Of a stretch of DNA of 64,000 nt, positions 12,901 through 24,900 are shown in pieces. The stretch comes from Haliotis cracherodii (lineage: Eukaryota): assembly GCF_022045235.1 (NCBI RefSeq), contig NW_027266286.1:65596001-65660000 (forward strand), read 5' to 3'. Under the pieces are notes generated by a model, which worked only from the letters and a program-made list of their open reading frames with translations, did not search any database and was not told the origin of the DNA. Position numbers and translations under genes: made by a program. Within the stretch, counting starts at the first letter, position 1, and every line of letters begins with the position of its first letter.

Positions 12901-15900
12901 CTTGTGTACGCCTCATGGTTGTAGTCTATTACAGGCTAGGGTATCTGCACCCTACCATCCAACTGTAAATGCATAGCGTGAGGTAGGATAAGTTTAAAAA
13001 TGTGGAAATTTTATTGCAAGTTGTGTATTTATATACTTATCCTATCTCACACATTATATGCCCTTCCAACCATTTCCGCATCACAATAACTCCGCCCTAT
13101 TAGCTCTGACAAAAGATGAATGATATGGCAGGGTTAATCACCTGATTAGGTCGTGTATGCCGCTATGCCAGTGTTCCCGCTGGCTTTTAGAACTGCCAGT
13201 CAGACCGGTAACTCTAAAAATGACCAGTGCCCCCCCCCACCCCCCCCCAAAGTTTTGTCAGTCCCAACTTTAAACATATGAAAAAACATATGAAAATTGC
13301 CTGCTTTTAATTCTTTCAACCTCATGTTCATTTCATCGCTGAACATGCTGAGGTGACTTAGTTAGATCTGCACTTCATTCACTCGAAGTCCAGGCACAAT
13401 AATCTCCTTTTGTTTTAATATTTCAAGACGAAGTCACTACAAATATACTTTTAACCTCGAAACAAAGCAAAATGTTATTTCCTTGTTCTAAATATCGACA
13501 AGGGGAAACCCTGATGGTAACAGACAAGCTGACTTCGTTCGAAAAATATACCAATATGAATATCACAGATTTATAAGGTACTCTATTTGCCGGTCACATG
13601 AATTACTGGCCTAATATTATTGGTAAAAAACTGGTAATTACTGGTAAATGGGAACACTGTAGGCACAGTAGTATAGAGGGTGACATATTTGTTTTGGGTA
13701 GTGACCATGGTGATGCTTGGATGAGTTTGGGTGAATTGTTTTTTAGCAGCTGGAAACTCTGTTCATGCACGTTTCCACAATGGACCAAAGAAGAAATCAG
13801 AGATGCATAGTTTGATACAGGATAAATATATTAATATACAAATTACAATTCAAAATAAAATTTCCATTTGGTTTATGTCTTTTCTTTTTATATATTACAC
13901 CCATGTTCATAATTTAACATGTTTGAAAATGTCGGTGACTCCACCCTGTCTGTGTTCACAGGCTGCCCCTAACATCGTGACTCCAGACCAGCGACAAGCT
14001 GCTGAGAGAGTCATCTTGGATTTCCGCAAACGGAAACTGCCGTACAGCATTTGTAGATACATTCTAGGTGAGCTCATAACCGACGCTAGAATTTCATATG
14101 ATCATGATAAATTGATAATCACAAGCAGTAACATTTTAAATTGGATGTTAAATATGACATGTTTCTTTCAAAGGTTAAGCTGGATGGAGGAACAAAATCA
14201 CATTACCGGCTTGAAGCTAAGCTAGGCGAAAGAGTTTATCTAATTAGCAGACACTTCAACACAGGAAAACTGGTGCTATCACCATAATTGTTTGTTTACC
14301 AAGTGATCAGCACCTGATTGTTTACCATTTCTCCGAAACTTGATACAAATTGTACAGATTTCCTCACTCACAGTGGATTAAGTCGATAAAAGTGATAGCT
14401 AACCCATACACTGCCTCACAATTAACGCCAAGGATCGTAAAGGGGTGCCTATTCCCGAGGATCATTGAGGGTGTTTGATTGACAAGTGGTGCACATCCCT
14501 AAGGATCATGAAGGGGTGTCTGGTCTGAAAGGGGATGAGGATAGAGTTGGGAGACATGCTGGATCTGACAGTAGAGCTGACAGTAGAGCTAACAGTAGAG
14601 CTGATGACAGCTGACAGTAGAGATGATGACAGCTGACAGTAGAGCTGATGACAGCTGACTGGATGTACTGGATCTGACAGTAGAGCTGATGACAGATGAC
14701 AGTAGAGATGATGACAGCTGACAGTAGAGCTGATGACAGCTGACAGTAGAGATGATGACAGCTGACAGTAGAGATGATGACAGCTGACAGGATGTACTGG
14801 ATCTGACAGTAGAGCTGATGACAGCTGACAGTAGAGATGATGACAGCTGACGGTAGAGATGATGACAGGTGACGGTAGAGATGATGACAGCTGACAGGAT
14901 GTACTGGATCTGACAGTAGAGATGATGACAGCTGACAGTAGAGATGATGACAGCTGACAGGATGTACTGGATCTGACAGTAGAGCTGATGACAGCTGACA
15001 GTAGAGATGATGACAGCTGACGGTAGAGATGATGACAGGTGACGGTAGAGATGATGACAGCTGACAGGATGTACTGGATCTGACAGTAGAGATGATGACA
15101 GCTGACAGTAGAGATGATGACAGCTGACAGGATGTACTGGATCTGACAGTAGAGCTGATGACAGCTGACAGTAGAGATGATGACAGCTGACGGTAGAGAT
15201 GATGACAGGTGACGGTAGAGATGATGACAGCTGACAGGATGTACTGGATCTGACAGTAGAGATGATGACAGCTGACAGTAGAGATGATGACAGCTGACAG
15301 TAGAGCTGATGACAGCTGACAGTAGAGATGATGACAGCTGACAGTAGAGATGATGACAGCTGACAGGATGTACTGGATCTGACAGTAGAGCTGATGACAG
15401 CTGACAGTAGAGATGATGACAGCTGACGGTAGAGATGATGACAGGTGACGGTAGAGATGATGACAGCTGACAGGATGTACTGGATCTGACAGTAGAGATG
15501 ATGACAGCTGACAGTAGAGATGATGACAGCTGACAGGATGTACTGGATCTGACAGTAGAGCTGATGACAGCTGACAGTAGAGATGATGACAGCTGACGGT
15601 AGAGATGATGACAGGTGACGGTAGAGATGATGACAGCTGACAGGATGTACTGGATCTGACAGTAGAGATGATGACAGCTGACAGTAGAGATGATGACAGC
15701 TGACAGGATGTACTGGATCTGACAGTAGAGCTGATGACAGCTGACAGTAGAGATGATGACAGCTGACGGTAGAGATGATGACAGGTGACGGTAGAGATGA
15801 TGACAGCTGACAGGATGTACTGGATCTGACAGTAGAGATGATGACAGCTGACAGTAGAGATGATGACAGCTGACAGTAGAGATGATGACAGCTGACAGTA

Positions 15901-18900
15901 GAGATGATGACAGCTGACGGTAGAGATGATGACAGGTGACGGTAGAGATGATGACAGCTGACAGGATGTACTGGATCTGACAGTAGAGCTGATGACAGCT
16001 GACAGTAGAGATGATGACAGCTGACGGTAGAGCTGATGACAGCTGACTGGATGTACTAGATCTGACAGTAGAGCTGATGACAGATGACGGTAGAGATGAT
16101 GACAGCTGACGGTAGAGCTAATGACAGGTGACGGTAGAGATGATGACAGCTGACAGTAGAGCTGATAATAGCTGACGGTAGAGCTGATGACAGCTGACGG
16201 TAGAGCTGACAGCTGACTGGACGTACTGGAGCCGACGGTAGAGCTGATGACAGATGACTAGATGTGCTGGAGCTGACAGGTCAGCACTGATGACTGATGA
16301 CACAGCTGGCTAGAAAGCTAGAGATAACAGAACAGCTAACAGAGCTGACCAGAGAATGTAGCGCTGACTGTGTGATAGAACAGCTCATTACAACAGCTCA
16401 GTTACAAATACCTACAAATGACTCACCAGCTTACTATGGAAACATCCTATTCTTAACTCATAGTACAAGGTCAGACATTTCCAATGTACTTATGTTCAAT
16501 GACCATCTCCGTGGTCTAGTGGTAGAGCGACCGCCCCGAGTGGGTAAGGTCGGGGTTTGAACCCTGGTCGCGTCGTACCAAAAGACGTTTAAAGATGGCA
16601 CTTGTTACCCTGCCTGGCGCTCGGCATTAAGGGGCTAAAACAAGGACTGGTCAGGTCAGAGTCAGTATAATGTGTCTGAGTGGGGTATTTATGTTAAACT
16701 GCGGCATGGTATCTCAGTGGGCTAGCACGATGACAATGGCATTAGTCCGGACAAGCAGCACCACGCACGCTCGCGAGCACACACGCACGCATGTCGCTAT
16801 ATAAGTGCAGTAATCTTGAGCATGATATGAAACCCCTCACATAACCACTTCCACTTCAATTCCACCCATGGGATGTTCTGCCTGCAGAGACCAGCAAGAG
16901 TGACTATGTGCTGTTCCAGTCGGCCACCACCATCAAGGAGGGGATTGTGAGAGAATGGACATTGCTGTCATCTGAGGATGTGGAATCACTCCGTTCTTTC
17001 CTGCTTGGATACATTACAAAGAATATCAGGTATATGGTTGGAGAGAAAGGAGGGAAGTGAACTCCTGTTAACTGTGTTTTCTATTTGCAATGTCTCTCAG
17101 AAAATATGTAACATGTTTATTTCATTTATTTAGTAATCATGGTAATTATGAATTGCAAGTGATTCCATTGCATTTTCTTGCTAACCACATAATCATTTTT
17201 GCGTTTGTGTGCCCTTTAACCCCAAAACTGATTAGGTCATACTCAACAGTGTAATACTGTTTCTTGATTGGCTGATAATATTGGCTGAGCTTGGGATGCA
17301 TTTATGCGCTGAACTATGTCCCATTGAATTCGTATCATTGTCTACAGTTTTTTGTGTTAATAATACTTTGATAAAATATGCAGTCTATTAAGTTATTCGT
17401 GGTTTTTTTTGTATTTATCAAGGTATTTTGCCAAATTTTGTTCTTAATATTTAAAATAATAGGTATATTAACAGCAAAAGAAACTCAGGTGATAGACATA
17501 TTTAAAAGTCAATTTTGACATAGGTCTGTAGAGCTGTGTGATTGAATTTTGATAATGAATGGGCAAATGATCTGGTCTACAGTTTAGTCATCTTCCCGAG
17601 GCAAGAGCATCCACCAGCCTTTTGTTTTGTGTGCCATGGTCCAATTGTGTTAAGCACAAGGAACTGGGCTTGATGTGGCAAGGGTGGACCCAAGGCTTTG
17701 ATAAAAGAAAGGTCAGTAGACATGGTAGATGCTCTTGCCTCGGGATGATGCATCTTAGTAGACTGTATACAGGACAAAGGTTGGACATGTTGGAAGATGA
17801 TGTTGAACTGTTGAATGGTTTAGATTGTATAAGTAAATTAAGGGTTACTTTTCACTGTGAAAAATGAAAAGTCATACTTCACTTGTTATCCAATTGAGGC
17901 TACACAAGAATATGTAATAATTTAATGTGAAGTAGGAGATCGAGTGTTATGGTATTTGTGTGTTATGGTATTTGTGTGTTATGGTATTTGAGTGTTATGG
18001 TATTTGAGTGTTATGGTATTTGAGTGTTATGGTATTTGGGTGTTATGGTATTTGGGTGTTAGGGTATTTGAGTGTTAGGGTATTTGTGTGTTATGGTGTT
18101 TGTGTGATATGATATTTGAGTGTTAGGGTATTTGAGTGTTAGGGTATTTGGGTGTTAAGGTATTTGAGTGTTAGGGTATTTGAGTGTTAGGGTATTTGAG
18201 TGTTAGGGTATTTGAGTGTTATGGTATTTGGGTGTTAAGGTATTTGAGTGTTAGGGTATTTGAGTGTTAGGGTATTTGTGTGTTATGGTGTTTGTGTGTT
18301 ATGATATTTGAGTGTTAGGGTATTTAAGTGTTAGGGTATTTGAGTGTTATGGTATTTGTGTGTTATGGTGTTTGTGTGTAATGATATTTGAGTGTTAGGC
18401 TATATGAGTGTTATGGTATTTGAGTGTCATGGTATTTGAATGTTAGGGTATTTTTGTGTCATGGTATTTGAGTGTCATGATATTCGAATGTTACATTAAT
18501 TGAATGTTGTGGTATTTGAGTGTAACTTATGGTATTTGAATGTTATGTTATTTGAGTGGTATGGTATTTGAGTGTTTTCTTTCAGCCTCCAGAGCTATGT
18601 GAGAGAGCAGATCCTTCAGACAGTCGCAGTCATCCTCAAACGTGGCACCCTCGACACCAAGGGCTCTGGCTGTGACAGCCTCTTTGCTGATGTTACCCAG
18701 CTTATAAGCAGTGGAAATGTTACCATGGTAACCATGTGATCCCAGACTTTCTTACATCATGTACATATGGCTGCATTTGTAATGATAACAGGACACAAGG
18801 GACTTCATATTTTATTTGGGTCATACTCATTTCTACATGTAGTAGTCCATGCTTTTCTTATTTTTGTTGACTTTAAAGCAACATTCACTGACAATTTTAA

Positions 18901-21900
18901 TGTGGCATGAGATGTAACCCATAGCAACAGTCATGAGGACAGAGAAGTTTGAGATTGTTTGGTCGGATGACAATGTAGGCTAGTCTGCTGGCCTGTGACT
19001 ACTAAATTGTGTTGTGGACAAGTTAAAATCCACTGATGGTAATCTTCATTGCCTAGTAGCATTTGAGGGCTAGAATTCTGAACCAGTTCTCATTACTTAA
19101 ACTTTGCTACAAATTTTAACCGAATAAAACTGACAGAAAATAGTAAACTTTTTTGTCTCCTTCATGATGGACTGGCTACAAACTTTGACGTCTAGTGAAA
19201 TAAGGTTATCTTGCCTAGTCTTTAAAACAAGAAATATTTGTGAGTGAGTTGGGTTTAACACTGCTTTTGACATTATTCCATTTCTATCATGGCGTCTCAG
19301 ACATTTACCTCCTTGGCGAAACACACTAGCATGGGTATAGTGCTGACAAACCTAGAAACATAATTGGGGTGAACCGGGATTCAAACCCACAATCATAGGT
19401 TTCTAGCGTGCCCAAGGGATGCAACTCTGCACAGCAAATCGCAGGGACCTAAGACAATGGGCTACATGTGCCCCCAGAAATATGTATGGCTGCACATGTA
19501 TACAGTATATATGTGCCGCCATGAATATTTCTTGTTTGTAGCAGCCGACATGGTAGATACACATGTATGTTTCCTGTCCCCCAGCAACTTGTGGCGTGCT
19601 CCATGCTCACAGCCCTCCTCAACGAATACTCCAGCTCAAGTAGGACCAGCAACGTCGGCTTCACATGGGAGTTCCACACGCGGTGTAAGAGAGCTTTTGA
19701 GGTACGTTGTCCGTATGCTTTAAACTTACAAGTACCACGTTATGATCAATTCTGATGTGACGTGAAAAACATTCCTTCGTCGAATCTGTTATCTCTCTTG
19801 ATACAGTCTTTCACTGTATCATGACCATAGGTCCATATACTTCAATCTTGTTGTGGAGTCCTCGCCCACTACCTCCACCACCTTCACCACCACCACCTAC
19901 TTCACCAACTACTTCCTAGTCACCCCCCACCAACCCCACATCCCTTATCGAGCAACTGCTTCCACCCATTGAGGCTTCCCACCATCCCGTATTGAGCCAC
20001 CATCTCCATCATTGAAGTTTCACCATCCCGTACCGAGCCACCATCTCCATCAGTGAAGTTTCCACCATCCCATATCGAGCAACTACCTCCACCATTGAGG
20101 ATTCCCACATCCCTTATCGAGCCACCACCTCCCATCATTGAAGTTTCCACCATCCCATATCGAGCCACCACTTCCATCATTGAAGTTTCCACCATCCCAT
20201 ATCGAGCCACCACCTCCATCATTGAAGTTTCACCATCCCGTATCGAGCCACCACCTCCATCATTGAAGTTTCCACCATCCCATATCGAGCAACCACCTCC
20301 ACCATTGAGGCTGGGACCATCCCTTATCGAGCCACCACCTCCACCATTGAGGCTTCCCACATCCCTTATAGAGCCGCCACCTCCATCATTGAAGTTTCCC
20401 ATGATCCCATATCGAGCCACCACCTCCACCATTGAGCCTTCCCACATTCCTTATCGAGCCACCATCTCCATCATTGAAGTTTCCACCATCCCTTATTGAG
20501 CCACCACCCAAACCCATCACTTCACTCCTCATCACCCAGCTTCTTCTCACCCAAACCCATCACCTCACCTCCTCATCACCCAGCTTCTCCTCACCCAAAC
20601 CCATCCCATCACCTCCTCATCACCCAGCTTCTCCTCACCCAAACCCATCCCCTCACCTCCTCATCACCCAGCTTCTCCTCACCCAAACCCATCCCCTCAC
20701 CTCCTCATCACCCAGCTTCTCCTCACCCAAACCCATCACTTCACCTCCTCATCACCCAGCTCCTCCTCACCCAACTCATCACCTCCCTGACACCCAACTC
20801 ATCACCTCCCTGACACCCAACTCATCACCCCGGTCCTCAGCCAGCTCTTCATCACCCAAACCCATCACCTCACCTCACCTCCCTGACACCCAACTCATCA
20901 CCCCGGTCCTCAGCCAGCTCTTCAGCCAGCTCTTCATCGGACTCCACTCCTTTCCACTGTACAATGCATCCTTCACACCCGTCTCTGCCTTCTATTGCAG
21001 GAGAAGGACCTGAAGAAGGTGTTTATGTTTTCCATGCAAGTGTTGAACGAGCTTAATGCACAGCCGACCCCCCTGACCCGCGAAGCCACTGCCGTCCTTA
21101 ACCGTGTCCTCTCCATCACAGAGCAGGTCCTCAGCTGGGAATTCACACCTAAAACTCGTATCCTTCACAACACATCCTTGGCGATTGACTGGCAACAAGT
21201 GCTGTCCATTTTTGTTCATCAGCCTATTTCATCCTGTTTTTAGCCTTACCTTACACCCAGTTTGACATATACCTTCTTAACACTTATTTCAACTTTCACA
21301 TGCATGTGACTCCTCAGGTCCAGCAGCTAAATGAATGTGCTAAAATTTGGCAGTACAGTAAACTTCAGTTATTAACGAACTTAAAGGGACCACTAATTTT
21401 TGCTCGTAATAACCGTAGTTCATTATACTATATACAGCAAAAGGGACGGGACCATAAAACAGTTCAATATATCCATCAGTTCTTTATGAGCAAGTTTGTT
21501 ATAAATGTAGTTTACTGTGCTTCCTTTGCCAGTCTGTTCTTGAGCTTTGTATTTCAACAAACTGATGAAAGTTCAGTAACAAACTAAATAACATATCATG
21601 CAAACACACCAATTTCCTCATGCTTGCCCCTGCTGATTCTGTCATACGCTGACAGTGTGGGAATTTGTTCCAAATATCACCCTCTGGTTCTAGTCTGTCC
21701 CAGGAACCAGTGGTTGATATTATGAAGCGCTTCTCACATCAGTAGAGTGCATTCTACCATTACATTGGAGAATGCTTGATTCTGATTGGTTAAAAAGTGG
21801 TTTCCTTTTTGAAACCGTAACCCCTTTTAAATTTTTAAGAATTTTCACACAAAAAACGTGCACATGAATGCAGCGATGGACTACATATCAATTCATAAAA

Positions 21901-24900
21901 AATAGCTGCCGATCGATCACCCATAGGAACTGTAAAACATATCAATATTTCCTCTATTACACGCTGGGTCTCTAGTAAAAGCCAGGTCTCTAAAACACGC
22001 CGGGTCAACAGCGTTCACAATTAATAGACTGCCTAGCATCTAATAGAGAAAATATGGTAGTATGTAGGATATATAGCATGTTTTTGGCGACGATATGAAG
22101 TTCTAGTCCATCACCCTGACAGCTTCGTTGGACTATAGCTGGAATATTGCTGACTGTGATGTAAAACAACTGACAAACATACATGTAGTATTTCACAAGC
22201 ATTTACTAGTGTAGGTTGGTGGAAAGTGAGCCTATCATGCTGTGGTTTTGTCAAACAATGGATGTTCAGTTCCTTCACCTTCGACAGTTATCAGAAAACA
22301 TGTGGGGTGTTTTTCCATCAACCAGAACATCACCCTGAAGCCCAACGCTTCATGGAGGGACACACTGCTGGACCCTACAGTGCTGGGGCTGTTCTTCAAG
22401 GTAAGCAATGTCCCTCCCTATTGACCCTTCTACCCAAGGCTTTACCCCACAGTGCTGTGGCTGTTCTTCAAGGTAAGCAATGTGCCTCCCTATTGACCCT
22501 TCTACCCAAGGCTTTACCCCACAGTGCTGGGGCTGTTCTTCAAGGTAAGCAATGTCCCTCCCTATTGACCCTTCTACCCAAGGCTTTACCCCACAGTGCT
22601 GGGGCTGTTCTTCAAGGTAAGCAATGTCCCTCCCTATTGACCCTTCTACCCAAGGCTTTACCCCACAGTGCTGGGGCTGTTCTTCAAGGTAAGCAATGTC
22701 CCTCCCTATTGACCCTCCTACCCAACGCAGGACCCCACAATGCTGGGGCTGTTCTTCAAGGTAAGCAATGTGCCTCCCTATTGACCCTCCTACCCAAGGC
22801 TTTACCCGAAAGTGCTGGGACTGTTCTTCAAGGTAAGCAATGTCCCTCCATATTGACCCTCCTACCCAACGCAGGACCCCACAGTGCTGGGGCTGTTCTT
22901 CAAGGAAAGCAATGTCCCTCCCTATTGACCCTTCTACCCAAGGCTTTACCCCACAGTGCTGGGGCTGTTCTTCAAGGTAAGCAATGTCCCTCCCTATTGA
23001 CCCTCCTACCCAACGCAGGACCCCACAATGCTGGGGCTGTTCTTCAAGGTAAGCAATGTGCCTCCCTATTGACCCTCCTACCCAAGGCTTTACCCGAAAG
23101 TGCTGGGACTGTTCTTCAAGGTAAGCAATGTCCCTCCCTATTGACCCTCCTACCCAAGGCTTTACCCGAAAGTGCTGGGACTGTTCTTCAAGGTAAGCAA
23201 TGTCCCTCCCTATTGACCCTTCTACCCAAGGCTTTACCCCACAGTGCTGGGGCTGTTCTTCAAGGTAAGCAATGTCCCTCCCTATTGACCCTCCTACCCA
23301 AGGCTTTACCCCACAGTGCTGGGACTGTTCTTCAAGGTAAGCAATGTCCCTCCCTATTGACCCTCCTACCCAAGGCTTTACCCCACAGTGCTGGGACTGT
23401 TCTTCAAGGTAAGCAATGTCCCTCCCTATTGACCCTTCTACCCAAGGCTTTACCCCACAGTGCTGGGGCTGTTCTTCAAGGTAAGCAATGTGCCTCCCTA
23501 TTGACCCTTCTACCCAAGGCTTTACCCCACAGTGCTGGGCCTGTTCTTCAAGGTAAGCAATGTGCCTCCCTATTGACCCTTCTACCCAAGGCTTTACCCG
23601 AAAGTGCTGGGACTGTTCTTCAAGGTAAGCAATGTCCCTCCCTATTGACCCTCCTACCCAAGGCTTTACCCCACAGTGCTGGGGCTGTTCTTCAAGGTAA
23701 GCAATGTCCCTCCCTATTGACCCTCCTACCCAAGACTTTACCCCACAGTGCTGGGGCTGTTCTTCAAGGTAAGCAATGTCCCTCCATATTGACCCTCCTA
23801 CCCAACGCAGGACCCCACAGTGCTGGGGCTGTTCTTCAAGGTAAGCAATGTGCCTCCCTATTGACCCTTCTACCCAAGGCTTTACCCCACAGTGCTGGGA
23901 CTGTTCTTCAAGGTAAGCAATGTCCCTCCCTATTGACCCTCCTACCCAAGACTTTACCCCACAGTGCTGGGGCTGTTCTTCAAGGTAAGCAATGTCCCTC
24001 CATATTGACCCTCCTACCCAACGCAGGACCCCACAGTGCTGGGGCTGTTCTTCAAGGAAAGCAATGTCCCTCCCTATTGACCCTTCTACCCAAGGCTTTA
24101 CCCCACAGTGCTGGGGCTGTTCTTCAAGGTAAGCAATGTCCCTCCCTATTGACCCTCCTACCCAACGCAGGACCCCACAATGCTGGGGCTGTTCTTCAAG
24201 GTAAGCAATGTCCCTCCCTATTGACCCTCCTACCCAAGGCTTTACCCCACAGTGCTGGGACTGTTCTTCAAGGTAAGCAATGTCCCTCCCTATTGACCCT
24301 CCTACCCAAGACTTTACCCCACAGTGCTGGGGCTGTTCTTCAAGGTAAGCAATGTCCCTCCATATTGACCCTCCTACCCAACGCAGGACCCCACAGTGCT
24401 GGGGCTGTTCTTCAAGGAAAGCAATGTCCCTCCCTATTGACCCTTCTACCCAAGGCTTTACCCCACAGTGCTGGGGCTTTTCTTCAAGGAAAGCAATGTC
24501 CCTCCCTATTGACCCTCCTACCCAACGCAGGACCCCACAATGCTGGGGCTGTTCTTCAAGGTAAGCAATGTCCCTCCCTATTGACCCTCCTACCCAAGAC
24601 TTTACCCCACAGTGCTGGGGCTGTTCTTCAAGGTAAGCAATGTCCCTCCCTTTTGACCCTTCTACCCAAGGCTTTACCCCACAGTGCTGGGGCTGTTCTT
24701 CAAGGTAAGCAATGTCCCTCCCTATTGACCTTTCTACCCAAGGCTTTACCCCACAGTGCTGGGATTGTTCTTCAAGGTAAGCAATGTGCCTCCCTATTGA
24801 CCCTTCTACCCAAGGCTTTACCCCACAGTGCTGGGACTGTTCTTCAAGGTAAGCAATGTCCCTCCCTATTGACCCTCCTACCCAAGACTTTACCCCACAG

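Noticed and set aside
14600-16250. Many CTGATGA hammerhead-core matches in the satellite
   Set aside because: No GAAA partner or stem II follows them.
19920-21013. Pro-, Gly- and His-rich ORFs, and similar repeat ORFs at 36110-36828, 38863-39435, 44568-45327, 51769-52125, 55920-56523, 63246-63982
   Set aside because: Translations of tandem repeats or of the N gap; only the parts overlapping true exons are coding.
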